Source: a virus (Duplodnaviria; Caudoviricetes). From it: a stretch of DNA of 64,000 nucleotides. The notes under the pieces were generated by a model, which made no database searches, was not told the DNA's origin, and saw only the letters and a program-made list of their open reading frames with translations. A program made the translations under genes and the position numbers. The DNA lies in IMG/VR virus record IMGVR_UViG_3300014204_000110; one strand, given 5' to 3'. The stretch's first letter is position 1, and each line of letters opens with the position of its first letter. Positions 1 to 10,383 of this stretch are shown one piece after another.

Positions 1-1
1 C

Positions 2-703
2 ACTTGTCACGGAACCGGGTCGAATGGATCTGATATCGGGGCAAATATTTTATACCGATACGGTCTGGACGGTACATTTTTTGGGGAACCTGGGTATGAC
101 AGCCTAACCACGATATCGTTGTGGCCGTACCCAAATGAGGCCAGAATACGAAGGGATTTTCTACGGTACAATAACGAATCTGACGAATCGCGAGGATTCT
201 GTGATGATGCTGTTGCGGCGTCATTGACGGAGTACGTTTGGGAATACCAATATAGGAATGAGGCTCCTTCTTTTGGTGGATCTCCTGTTAAAATAACCTG
301 GGTAGGTGGATCTTCGACCAATGCTGCTTTAGCTGCTAATTACTCTCCAGCTCAAGCGCCTACTTCAATTGATACAATATTACTTAATACTGGATCTGTT
401 GATTTTGTAGTAGGGTCTGTTCTTAATGTAGCGTATGTAAGTCAAGTCACTGGATATACTGGAATCGTTACCATTAATGATACATTGAAAACTAATTATT
501 TAGGACTTGGAACATGTGTAGCGAGTTTTAATGCTCCTTGTGTCATTCGAGATTCTGTTGTTTATGCTTCAGAATCTACACCCACTGGAAATGCAGGAAG
601 TAAGATAATTTCTGTTTCAGGAAGTACGCTAAGAGTAAGGTTGAATGGTAATGTAGGGACACCAAGAGTAGTGATGACTTCAGGTAGTAAAATTAAATGG
701 TAA
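2..703 (+). CDS. 5'-truncated putative virion/tail-associated protein (C-terminal part)
   Basis: Frame 2 is open from the window edge (TCHGTGSNGSDIGANILYRYG...LWPYPNE...), so the TTG at 119 is probably not the true start; lies upstream of the structural block. Confidence 0.55.
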   Translation, partial: TCHGTGSNGSDIGANILYRYGLDGTFFGEPGYDSLTTISLWPYPNEARIRRDFLRYNNESDESRGFCDDAVAASLTEYVWEYQYRNEAPSFGGSPVKITWVGGSSTNAALAANYSPAQAPTSIDTILLNTGSVDFVVGSVLNVAYVSQVTGYTGIVTINDTLKTNYLGLGTCVASFNAPCVIRDSVVYASESTPTGNAGSKIISVSGSTLRVRLNGNVGTPRVVMTSGSKIKW

Positions 704-718
704 CTAAGGAATAATATA

Positions 719-3700
719 ATGCCAACATATGATATAGGTACTGGACAGACCTACACTACGATATCTGCGTGGGAAACCGCCAGAGATATATCCCGGACAG
801 AAGATGAGGTCGGCGAATGCCTTGCCGAACTCTTTAATGAAAACGTCAACTTTACCGGAGGGACGCCAAACGGATACTGGATGAAGCTGCGTGGCAAGGC
901 TGGAGCGAGGCACGATGGCCGTGCTTACGAGGTCAGTAGTGTAGCCTGCGCCCGCATTTACCGCTCTGCAAATGCCACAACAGTAAACGTTGACGTCGGT
1001 GGCATAGAAATAGCATGGCTTGACATTAAAGGTCCGGGAAACTACACCCAGGACACCATCAGCCGTGCGGGTGACTTAACTGCCGATGGCGATTTCAGGC
1101 TACATCATTGTATCATACATAACAACTTTGCAAATAATAACGGCTCTCAGGTAGCCATCACGATGTCGGATGATTCGGAAACGACGAATTACCGAATATA
1201 TCGAAACCTCGTCTATGGCTTCGGTGGTGCTGGCATATTACCGTATCAGATTGGTGGTACTACAAAATACGTCTATGCGTACCATAATACTTGTGCTTTA
1301 TGTGGGCAAGTATTAGGTGAAACTGATGCTGGTGGTATTCAGAACAGTATGACAGAAAGTACCGCCTATTTTGAAAATAATGTCTCAGTTGGTCAACTAA
1401 ATGTAGATTATTATGGAACAAATTACGGTAGCTGGGACAACAATGCTTCTGAGGATACTACAGGAGATTCTACTGGTGGTCCTGCTCATAATGTAGACCT
1501 TAGAAGTCTTAATCCAAGTGGTTTATTTCAGAACTATACAAGCACTTATGCGTCTATTGATCTACGCACAAAAGTAGATTCTGATTTAATTGGAATGGGT
1601 GATACAACTTATTCTACTACCGATTTTCCTGAAATAGACATACCAATTACTGGTGGTGATGCTATTACAGGAACATGGGATATAGGAGCAGATCAATATG
1701 CAGAGGCTGTAAATACCGCAAGTAATTCTCCTTCTACTTCACCATCAAGTAGCGCAAGTAATAGCCCTTCTACTTCACCAAGCCCAAGTAATTCACCAAG
1801 TAATTCTTTATCTACAAGTGCTTCAAATAGTCCTTCTAGTTCAGTTTCAAATTCACTAAGTAACTCACCAAGTACATCTATATCAATTAGTCCTTCTACA
1901 AGTGAGTCAAGTTCACCATCTCCATCAAATAGTCCATCTACTTCTCCCAGTCCTGGAATTAGTGCTTCTAATTCACCAAGCACATCTTTAAGTAATTCTT
2001 TATCAGATAGCCCTTCTTCTTCGTTATCAAGTTCTATTAGTAGTAGTCCGTCTCCTTCTAATAGTGCAAGTGAATCACCTAGTACATCTTTAAGTGAAAG
2101 CCCATCAACAAGTTTATCAAGTAGTATTAGTAATTCTTTGTCTAGTAGTCCATCTACTTCTCCAAGTAGTAGTCCACCTGAATTTAGCCTAATATCTTAT
2201 TCTGATGATTATGATAATAATGCTATTCTTTATACACAAGAATTGTTCACTGTTCAAGAAAATGATTTATTAGTTGGTGTATGTATGTGGGAAGAGAGTA
2301 GTAGGACACCAATCTTACAAGAAAATACTTTAGCTTATAATTTTACAATGTTAGATGTTATTACAAATGCTAACAGTACAAATGTAAGATTTGGTTATCA
2401 TGTTGTAACTTCTGCGGAGGCTGGAACTGGGATTAGATATAGAGCAGATTATGGTTCTATTACATCATTAGCCACAATTTCTGTTTATTTATTTAGACCA
2501 ACTTCAGGTATCCCAGAAATAGAAGTGTTTGGTTCTGGAATTGGAACTGGAACATCTCCACAAACCAATAGTATATCTACAGCAGGGCCTTCTGTAATTG
2601 TAGCTGCATTAGATTGTTATGGCGGAGGAGTTAGTAATCAACAAATTAATTTAACTACTCCTGATACAATTTATACTTTAAGTTCAGATGAATCTACTTT
2701 TTATACAACTGAAACTTCTCTTTTATCCAATATTTATGCATCTGCTACATGCTCTAATGATGCGTGGGCAATGGGAATTATTGCTTTTAAAGTTTCTTCG
2801 GGAGGAAGTAGCGCCTCAAGTTCACCATCTACTAGTGAATCAAGTTCACCGAGTCCTAGTACATCCGTATCAAACAGTGTATCAAGTAGTTTATCAAATA
2901 GTGCCAGTGAATCTCCATCAAGTTCATTAAGTAATTCATTATCAGATAGCCCGAGTAGTAGCGAATCCTCTTCTATTTCAAATAGTCCATCACCAAGTTT
3001 ATCACCTTCTAATAGTGCATCTGATTCTCCAAGTAATAGCGAATCAAGTTCTCCTTCTTCGAGTATAAGTTCAAGTATATCAAGCAGTGTTAGTAATTCA
3101 CCATCAACATCTCCTAGTCCTTCAAATTCACCAAGTTCATCTATAAGTAGTTCTATTTCTAACAGTGCTAGTACAAGTCCTAGTTATAGTTTATCTAATA
3201 GTCCAAGTACCTCTATTTCTAATTCAAGTAGTAATAGTCCATCACCTAGTAATTCATTATCAAGTTCAGTATCATCAAGTCTTTCAACAAGTCCTTCTAC
3301 TTCATTAAGCAATAGTATTTCTAATTCACTTTCTTCGAGTATATCTTCGTCTCCAAGTAATAGTCCTAGTCCAAGCAATAGTCCATCTATTTCAGAATCG
3401 AATAGTCCTTCTACGTCTATTAGTAATAGTGCTTCAAGTTCCCCTTCGAGTTCACCTAGTCCAAGCAATTCTTTAAGCAATAGTCCATCTTTAAGTCCAA
3501 GTATTTCGTTGAGTAATTCACCATCTACTTCGCCTTCTCCATCAAGTTCTGTTTCTAATTCACCAAGTCCAGGAAATAGTGCTAGTAACAGTCCATCTAG
3601 TTCAGAATCTAATTCACCAAGTAATTCTTTAAGTACATCTATATCAAATAGTGCTTCAAATTCACCATCGCCAAGTAACAGTCCTTCTACCTCGTTGAGT

Positions 3701-5701
3701 AGTTCTATTTCTAATAGTATGTCTAGTTCACCTTCAAATTCATTAAGTAATAGTCTAAGTAATAGTGCGAGTAGTAGTGCAAGTAATAGTCCTTCACCAA
3801 GTAACTCTGTTAGTAATTCATTAAGTAGTTCACCTTCTACTTCAATAAGTAATAGTACTTCAAATAGTCCTTCAAGTAGTGCAAGCTCGTCACCAAGTCC
3901 TTCATACAGTTTAAGTAATAGTCCAAGTATAAGTACGTCTAATTCACCTAGTACTTCACCTTCTCCTTCGCATTCACCAAGTACAAGTCCAAGTAGTTCT
4001 ATTTCTAATTCTATAAGTACTAGTATCTCAACTAGTGTTTCTAATAGTGTAAGTAGTAGTATTAGTACGTCGCCTTCTACATCACCAAGTGGTGGTACTG
4101 AACATATTACTCAAATGACATATTATCCTGGTCCTGGTGATGCGGAGTTTGATGTAGATACTACTTATATAATTGATACATATGTTTCAGGTGAATGGAA
4201 TGGTACGTCTGGAAATTTAGTTAATTTTTATAGTAGTGCAAGTGGAGTTCAATCGACATTAGATTTACAAACTATTGGTAACGTTAATGTATCTTATATG
4301 ACTTTTAGAGATATAGAAATTATTAATGGTACTATAACTGCAGATTATACGTGTGATGGTAGTTCTTGGAATAATTCAGGAATAATTTTTTCAAATAATT
4401 CTCCTTCAACATCTATAAGTAGTTCAATTTCTAATAGTTATTCTTCAAGTCCAAGTAATTCACTTTCTAATAGTATTTCTAATTCATTATCAACTAGTAG
4501 TTCTAATAGTCCAAGTACAAGTATATCTAGTTCTCCAAGTCCTAGTAATTCACCATCACCATCATTGTCTCCTAGTAATAGTGTTAGTTCTAGTTTAAGT
4601 AATTCATTGAGTAGTTCAGAATCAAATAGTCCTTCAACATCACCAAGTCCAAGCAATAGCCCTTCTAGTTCTATTAGTTCAAGTTTAAGTAATAGTTTGA
4701 GTAGTAGTCTGTCAAATAGTCCAAGTACTTCTGTTTCTAATTCACTTAGTGAATCTGTATCAAATAGTTTATCAAATTCACCTAGTTCTTCACCAAGTCC
4801 AAGTAGTAGTGTAAGTAATAGTCCAAGTGAAGGAAATAGTGCATCTCAATCACCTTCGACTAGTCCTAGTCCTTCAAGTAGTATTAGTAATAGTATTTCT
4901 TCAAGTATTAGTAATAGTGCTAGTAATAGTCCTAGTCCTTCTATTTCACCTAGTAATAGTGAAAGTTCTAGTGTAAGTAATAGTCCATCAATAAGTGTTT
5001 CTAGTTCTATTAGTAGTAGTCCTTCTCCAAGTAATTCAATTAGTAATAGTCTAAGTAGTAGTGCTAGTACAAGTCTATCATCTAGTGTAAGTTCAAGTTT
5101 AAGTAATAGTATATCTACTAGTTTATCATCAAGTGTTTCTAGTTCACCAAGTCCTAGTAATAGTCCATCTAGTTCAATTTCTAGTAGTCTAAGTAATAGT
5201 GCTAGTTCTAGTATTTCTAGTTCTCCATCATCTAGTCCAAGTATTAGTTCTAGTCCAAGTTCTAGTAGAAGTAGTTCAGTTTCAAATAGTCTTAGTCAAA
5301 GTCCTTCAAGTAGTATTTCACATAGTCTTAGTAGTTCAGTTAGTCATAGTCCTTCATCAAGTCCAAGCTTAGGAGATCTAGATTATATATTAATTTTTCC
5401 AGAAACTGCATTAATTCCAGTTAGAGCACAACTTTTATTTATTGCAAAAGGCTATACTGAATATGATGTAGAAATACATGGACTTACTTTTGTTTGGTCA
5501 ACAACACTTGGACAAGTTATTAATAGTTCAACTGGATTATTTACTGCTGGAAGTTTTGCTGGTGGACCTTATGAAGTAACTGCTACAATTGGATCAATAA
5601 GTACTACTGCATATGTTACAGTATTTGAATTAAATAACACTCATAGGCGAAGAAGATTACTTCCAATTTTTCTTCAGTTTTGTGAACGTAAACGTAGATA
5701 A
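719..5701 (+). CDS. 1660-aa serine-rich-repeat (mucin/SRRP-like) virion or receptor-binding protein: N-terminal beta-helix-like domain, internal globular domains, C-terminal Ig-like domain
   Basis: AAGGA RBS; beta-helix-like N-terminus (IIHNN, IYRNLVYG, YHNTC, ENNVSV, WDIGADQY); three long S-x-S-[PLIV] tracts; Ig-like C-terminus (FVWSTT...GLFTAG...VTATIG...AYVTV). Confidence 0.7.
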   Translation: MPTYDIGTGQTYTTISAWETARDISRTEDEVGECLAELFNENVNFTGGTPNGYWMKLRGKAGARHDGRAYEVSSVACARIYRSANATTVNVDVGGIEIAWLDIKGPGNYTQDTISRAGDLTADGDFRLHHCIIHNNFANNNGSQVAITMSDDSETTNYRIYRNLVYGFGGAGILPYQIGGTTKYVYAYHNTCALCGQVLGETDAGGIQNSMTESTAYFENNVSVGQLNVDYYGTNYGSWDNNASEDTTGDSTGGPAHNVDLRSLNPSGLFQNYTSTYASIDLRTKVDSDLIGMGDTTYSTTDFPEIDIPITGGDAITGTWDIGADQYAEAVNTASNSPSTSPSSSASNSPSTSPSPSNSPSNSLSTSASNSPSSSVSNSLSNSPSTSISISPSTSESSSPSPSNSPSTSPSPGISASNSPSTSLSNSLSDSPSSSLSSSISSSPSPSNSASESPSTSLSESPSTSLSSSISNSLSSSPSTSPSSSPPEFSLISYSDDYDNNAILYTQELFTVQENDLLVGVCMWEESSRTPILQENTLAYNFTMLDVITNANSTNVRFGYHVVTSAEAGTGIRYRADYGSITSLATISVYLFRPTSGIPEIEVFGSGIGTGTSPQTNSISTAGPSVIVAALDCYGGGVSNQQINLTTPDTIYTLSSDESTFYTTETSLLSNIYASATCSNDAWAMGIIAFKVSSGGSSASSSPSTSESSSPSPSTSVSNSVSSSLSNSASESPSSSLSNSLSDSPSSSESSSISNSPSPSLSPSNSASDSPSNSESSSPSSSISSSISSSVSNSPSTSPSPSNSPSSSISSSISNSASTSPSYSLSNSPSTSISNSSSNSPSPSNSLSSSVSSSLSTSPSTSLSNSISNSLSSSISSSPSNSPSPSNSPSISESNSPSTSISNSASSSPSSSPSPSNSLSNSPSLSPSISLSNSPSTSPSPSSSVSNSPSPGNSASNSPSSSESNSPSNSLSTSISNSASNSPSPSNSPSTSLSSSISNSMSSSPSNSLSNSLSNSASSSASNSPSPSNSVSNSLSSSPSTSISNSTSNSPSSSASSSPSPSYSLSNSPSISTSNSPSTSPSPSHSPSTSPSSSISNSISTSISTSVSNSVSSSISTSPSTSPSGGTEHITQMTYYPGPGDAEFDVDTTYIIDTYVSGEWNGTSGNLVNFYSSASGVQSTLDLQTIGNVNVSYMTFRDIEIINGTITADYTCDGSSWNNSGIIFSNNSPSTSISSSISNSYSSSPSNSLSNSISNSLSTSSSNSPSTSISSSPSPSNSPSPSLSPSNSVSSSLSNSLSSSESNSPSTSPSPSNSPSSSISSSLSNSLSSSLSNSPSTSVSNSLSESVSNSLSNSPSSSPSPSSSVSNSPSEGNSASQSPSTSPSPSSSISNSISSSISNSASNSPSPSISPSNSESSSVSNSPSISVSSSISSSPSPSNSISNSLSSSASTSLSSSVSSSLSNSISTSLSSSVSSSPSPSNSPSSSISSSLSNSASSSISSSPSSSPSISSSPSSSRSSSVSNSLSQSPSSSISHSLSSSVSHSPSSSPSLGDLDYILIFPETALIPVRAQLLFIAKGYTEYDVEIHGLTFVWSTTLGQVINSSTGLFTAGSFAGGPYEVTATIGSISTTAYVTVFELNNTHRRRRLLPIFLQFCERKRR
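1718..2178 (+). repeat. Ser-X coding repeat block 1
   Basis: SNSP/STSP/SSSI/SNSL tetrapeptides with mixed TCN/AGY codons; boundaries approximate. Confidence 0.9.
2805..4090 (+). repeat. Ser-X coding repeat block 2 (~430 aa)
   Basis: Continuous S-x-S-x tract; boundaries approximate. Confidence 0.9.
4391..5369 (+). repeat. Ser-X coding repeat block 3 (~325 aa)
   Basis: Continuous S-x-S-x tract; boundaries approximate. Confidence 0.9.
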
Positions 5702-5718
5702 TTTTTTAGGAGATAATA

Positions 5719-7152
5719 ATGGCTGTTTTACAAATAACTAATGGCGCTTGTACTGGTAGAGGTTTTGCTGATACGTCAGTTAGTGGATATATGTCAAAAT
5801 TTTATGATTGGATTACTAAAATACCAGCAAGTGGCGGTCCTGGATGGAATATACTTTTAGATAAGTCTATATATCCTACAACTAAAACTATGACTTCTAT
5901 GATAAGTGGAGTTATAATATCAAGTGGACATGGATTTTATTCAAATGAAATAATTCGATATTATACTTCTGGTACAATTATAAATGGTCTTACTAATAAT
6001 ACTGATTATTATGTTACGAAAGTAAATGATAATAGTTTTAAATTAAGTACAAATCATTTTAATGTTGGTATTGGAACATATATTAATATAACAAATTCTG
6101 GTGTTGGATCTCAAACTTTCACTTTAAGTGGTCCATATATTATAATTTCTGATGAACCATCTCCTCAAATTAATCAAGTTTGTAAATTTATGAAAGTTGG
6201 ATATGGAATTCCACAAGGAAGTTATATTCAAGTTCAATATTTTATAGGATGGAATAATACAAGTAAAATACTTGGAAGTATTTATGGTGGTTATATTATA
6301 GAAACTGTAGATGATGGTAATTTTGCATATGATTTTCGTGGTGGTGATGAATGTATGATTTTACAATCACGTATTGGTACTACTTGGGATTCTACTGGAA
6401 TGGATACTTGGACTGGAGATAGTACTTTTCTAGAAGGTCTTGATCATTCAGGAACTTTAAGGAGTGTTGGTGTGCCTGGTACTAATTCAGTAGCATACTT
6501 AAGATCTGGAGAATCTAGTAATATAACTAGTGGTGAATATTATTATTTATATGATTATTCTCAACTTCCTTATGTTCGTTTAGAATATTCTAAATGTACT
6601 TATGTTGATGCTGGAGCTGATAGTGTTACTTTTTCTGGATTAGTTCATACATTTCCATCAGGATCTGTTATTGGATCATATCCTCATAGATATATGTGTT
6701 TTGGTAATAATATTTATGATAATAATTCATTTTGTTATTCGACATATATACCATATACAATACCTTATACATCTCATCCTAATTGGTATTATTGTAGTAA
6801 TTTAGGATATGGATCTATTAGTTCAAGTTGTAGATCATCTTATGAAGATGGTATTTTAAATTCTTCATCTCCTGATGAAAAAGGTAGACATCTTATGGAA
6901 AAATGGAATATATTAGAATGGGCATCAAATCAAAGTAATTATACCACTCATAATTATAATGGTATGAATAGATTTTATGGATCTGCTAATAATTTATATT
7001 TAACTAAAATTAATTCAATGGCACGTAGTCAAGATGGATTAATTTATGGTGGAAAACAGTATCTATATTTTATGTTATCTAGTGAAATTGGTGGATATGG
7101 TGGAAGTGCTAGTTATGCTATTTTATATCCAGATAGTGTATCAAGTGAATAA
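5719..7152 (+). CDS. putative virion structural protein
   Basis: AGGAG RBS; beta-rich; segment HGF...IRY...GLTNNTDYYV...FKLS resembles phage tail/baseplate modules. Confidence 0.5.
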   Translation: MAVLQITNGACTGRGFADTSVSGYMSKFYDWITKIPASGGPGWNILLDKSIYPTTKTMTSMISGVIISSGHGFYSNEIIRYYTSGTIINGLTNNTDYYVTKVNDNSFKLSTNHFNVGIGTYINITNSGVGSQTFTLSGPYIIISDEPSPQINQVCKFMKVGYGIPQGSYIQVQYFIGWNNTSKILGSIYGGYIIETVDDGNFAYDFRGGDECMILQSRIGTTWDSTGMDTWTGDSTFLEGLDHSGTLRSVGVPGTNSVAYLRSGESSNITSGEYYYLYDYSQLPYVRLEYSKCTYVDAGADSVTFSGLVHTFPSGSVIGSYPHRYMCFGNNIYDNNSFCYSTYIPYTIPYTSHPNWYYCSNLGYGSISSSCRSSYEDGILNSSSPDEKGRHLMEKWNILEWASNQSNYTTHNYNGMNRFYGSANNLYLTKINSMARSQDGLIYGGKQYLYFMLSSEIGGYGGSASYAILYPDSVSSE

Positions 7153-8061
7153 ATGTCTATTTATAGTGGAATATTAGCATCTGGAAATATTGTATTTGGT
7201 GATTCTTATACAGTAGTTAATTTAAATATTCCAAAATCGTTCATTGAAAGTCAGATTGTTTCTGGTTCAATATGTACTGGTGAATCATATACAGTAATTA
7301 ATTTAAATATTCCAAAATCTTTTGTTGATGCACAAGTTATTAATCGCCATATATATTCTGGAGAATTTTATACAAAAGTTAATAATAATCGAGTATATAA
7401 TAATGGATCTTTAATTGTAACAGTTCCTAGATCTGGATTAGCCAATGATACTGGAATGTTACTTATTCTTGGATATTATACTGATTTTTATGCTAATCCT
7501 AGACTATCTTATCCATATAATAATATATACTTTTATGATAATACATATGGACCAGATATTTCATCTTATTATTGGAATTTTGGAGATGGTAATTATAGTA
7601 CTGAACGCGATCCAATTCATTTTTATACACATACTGGATTATATGATGTTTCATTAGAAACAACTTCTATAAATGGAGAAACTGCTTATTTAAATAAAAC
7701 TAATTATATTAACATTCAAAGCAATAATGTTTCAGTTAATCATTCAGATTATAAAATAGTAATTTTAAATAAACGAATAAGTCCATATAAATCCAATGAT
7801 CTTTTACAAATTTCAGTTCAATTGTATGAAAATAATAAAAAGAAACTATTCTATATTAAAGATGTTGTTCTTACATTAAATTTAAACTATCCTAATGGAT
7901 GGCAGGCATACTCATCTGGAATAACTAATAAAACTGGGTCTTGTGTCTTATATCAATCTTCTAGTGGTATATTATCCAGTAATTGTTTAGGATATGTTTC
8001 TGCAACAATAAATAACCAAAGTTATATTTCAAATATAATTAGATTTAACTTCATTAATTAA
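7153..8061 (+). CDS. PKD-domain virion protein with N-terminal ~27-aa tandem repeat
   Basis: PKD signature YYWNFGDG..STERDPIHFY...GLYDVSL; repeats G[DE]SYTV[VI]NLNIPKSF. Confidence 0.75.
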   Translation: MSIYSGILASGNIVFGDSYTVVNLNIPKSFIESQIVSGSICTGESYTVINLNIPKSFVDAQVINRHIYSGEFYTKVNNNRVYNNGSLIVTVPRSGLANDTGMLLILGYYTDFYANPRLSYPYNNIYFYDNTYGPDISSYYWNFGDGNYSTERDPIHFYTHTGLYDVSLETTSINGETAYLNKTNYINIQSNNVSVNHSDYKIVILNKRISPYKSNDLLQISVQLYENNKKKLFYIKDVVLTLNLNYPNGWQAYSSGITNKTGSCVLYQSSSGILSSNCLGYVSATINNQSYISNIIRFNFIN

Positions 8062-8068
8062 GGTAATT

Positions 8069-8482
8069 ATGAATCCTATTTTATCTACAAGTGGACAATG
8101 TTGGATACTTGATGCTATTAAAACAAAAATTGATACTATAAGTGGAGTATATGTTGGTTTAATGACAAATTATCTTCCTTCTGAAAGATCATATCAAACT
8201 CCATTTTATATTAATGAACTTAGTTATATTACTAATAGTGGATATTCTAGACAAGTTAGTAATACTTGGAGTGTAATAAGTGGATCAAATCCATATTTAC
8301 TTGGAAGTACAGTTACTTTTACTATATCGTCTGGAAGTTGGTCTAATGTTTATGGATATTTTGTATCTAGTACTAATTTAAATTATAGTGTATTATGGTC
8401 TGAATTATTTCCATATGATAAAGGTTCTGTAGTTGCTAGTGGAAATAATATATTAATTACTCCAAAATTTTATCAATATTAA
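8069..8482 (+). CDS. putative structural (tail-associated) protein
   Basis: YVGL...EL...GYSRQ...VTFT...W..VYGYF pattern resembling small phage tail proteins; structural operon context. Confidence 0.45.
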   Translation: MNPILSTSGQCWILDAIKTKIDTISGVYVGLMTNYLPSERSYQTPFYINELSYITNSGYSRQVSNTWSVISGSNPYLLGSTVTFTISSGSWSNVYGYFVSSTNLNYSVLWSELFPYDKGSVVASGNNILITPKFYQY

Positions 8483-8490
8483 GGTAAACG

Positions 8491-10383
8491 ATGTCTATAG
8501 AAATTATAGGTGAAATGTCTGGACTTGGTGTTCCAGATTATTATTTAAACTTATCTCGTAGACAAGCATTTAATCCACAACTTATATGTGATGATCAACC
8601 ATATCTTCCTGGTGATTGTCCAATTGTTACAATTGAATATGATGGTTTTAGTCCAAATAAAATTATTAATATAAAATCTTTAGAAAATTCTGTTTATCAA
8701 AATACTTTAGATTATCATAAAATTGAGACTATAACATATGATGGATATACTTATCCATTAAAATATTATGAATACGTTAATTATAATGATAAATTATCTT
8801 ATCTTATAACTGATTATAATTCTGATCCATCCAATAGTAATCCATTATTTTATCAATATGAACTGTTATTTGATGCTTATGTTGATATATCTGGAGTTTC
8901 AATTAAAAATATATATAAAAATAATGAAATTAAATTAGATCAAAAAGAATATAAAATTCAATATAGTGTTAATACGTTAGCTTTAGGAAATTTAAGATAT
9001 AGTAATACATCTTGGCTTACTAATACAATAAATCAAAATAATTATCGTATACGTATTCTATTACCATTTTATATTTCATCTAAAGATAATTTTTATATAG
9101 TTGAATATGAAAAATATATTAATAATATTAAATCATATCAAAAAGAACTTATAGAAATTGAACCTATATATACAACAAATGACTATGAAATTACAAATAG
9201 TGGCGTTATTTTAAGTGTTTCTAGTAAAATTCAACAATCTAATCAATTATCTATAGTTAAAAATCCTTTTAAAAGAATAACACCATTAGATATTGTAACT
9301 CTTAAAGATAAGAATTCATATCTTACTGATAAAGATACTCAATGGAAATTACGTATAAATACTGGAGCTTTTGCTATTCCATCAGGTTTGTATACATCTT
9401 CTAGTGGTTATTTATATAATCTTGAAAATTTTTATACAAGTGGAAATATTCCAGTTACAAATATTAAACCTATAAAAATTAATAAAAATATTGTTCAAAT
9501 AAAAGAAACTCCAATATATTTGAATTCTGACGATTATATTTATCCATATTACGATGTTAAACGTTATGATAATAATTTATATGATTTATATGATGTATCT
9601 GGAAAGTTTGATATATCTATAAATGGTAAATCTAGAAGTGATATTAAAATAAAATCTATAGATAGATATAAAGGTTTTATTGAATTTAATAAAGAAATTA
9701 ATAATTTAGATGAAGTTGAGTTATCTTTTTATCTTACTAATAGTGATACATTAATACTTGAAAATTTAGAGCTTAATCCTAAAGTTTCACAATCTGGAGT
9801 TCTTTATCATATTAATAATTATCCAAATGGTTTTGGAATAGCTCTTAAAGCATGGAGTGGTATAATACAATATCCATATATATACGATCTAAATACTATT
9901 GAATCTGATAGAATAGTTAGTGGAATTATAGACGTTGGTTCTAGTACTTATATAAGTGGGATGTGGGATGATACTTATTTAAGTTTATGTAAAATAGATT
10001 TAAATAATTTATCTTCAGATATTGTTAAAAGAACTGATACCAGGCGAGTTGGTGGAGGTTTAATAGATAATAAAACTCTTGATGTTTGGTTTAATAATAA
10101 CTTTAGTGGTGTATATATAAATGAAAAAAGCTGGTATTCAAATGTTGCTAAATATAATGGTGAACCAATTTCTAATAGTAGTATTATTATTATTAATATA
10201 CCTCAAGAACATCTTGATACTTTAAAACTTAAATGGTTTAATTATTATAAAGAATTTATGACTTATGATGAAGCAGAAATAACATCTGAACGAGAATTTA
10301 ATTACTATCTAGATAGTGTAATAAGAAAAAATATATCTGCTGGATCTGATTATATAATTATACCTAATATTTTGGATGAATAA
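8491..10383 (+). CDS. hypothetical structural protein (baseplate/tail region)
   Basis: 630-aa ORF in a coupled + strand operon; C-terminal DTRRVGGGL motif. Confidence 0.45.
   Translation: MSIEIIGEMSGLGVPDYYLNLSRRQAFNPQLICDDQPYLPGDCPIVTIEYDGFSPNKIINIKSLENSVYQNTLDYHKIETITYDGYTYPLKYYEYVNYNDKLSYLITDYNSDPSNSNPLFYQYELLFDAYVDISGVSIKNIYKNNEIKLDQKEYKIQYSVNTLALGNLRYSNTSWLTNTINQNNYRIRILLPFYISSKDNFYIVEYEKYINNIKSYQKELIEIEPIYTTNDYEITNSGVILSVSSKIQQSNQLSIVKNPFKRITPLDIVTLKDKNSYLTDKDTQWKLRINTGAFAIPSGLYTSSSGYLYNLENFYTSGNIPVTNIKPIKINKNIVQIKETPIYLNSDDYIYPYYDVKRYDNNLYDLYDVSGKFDISINGKSRSDIKIKSIDRYKGFIEFNKEINNLDEVELSFYLTNSDTLILENLELNPKVSQSGVLYHINNYPNGFGIALKAWSGIIQYPYIYDLNTIESDRIVSGIIDVGSSTYISGMWDDTYLSLCKIDLNNLSSDIVKRTDTRRVGGGLIDNKTLDVWFNNNFSGVYINEKSWYSNVAKYNGEPISNSSIIIINIPQEHLDTLKLKWFNYYKEFMTYDEAEITSEREFNYYLDSVIRKNISAGSDYIIIPNILDE

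Noticed and set aside
1693-4656. Minus-strand Leu/Glu/Gly-rich ORFs (1693..1983, 3184..3480, 4438..4656) and the + ORF 2688..2930
   Set aside because: Antisense or off-frame shadows of the Ser-repeat gene
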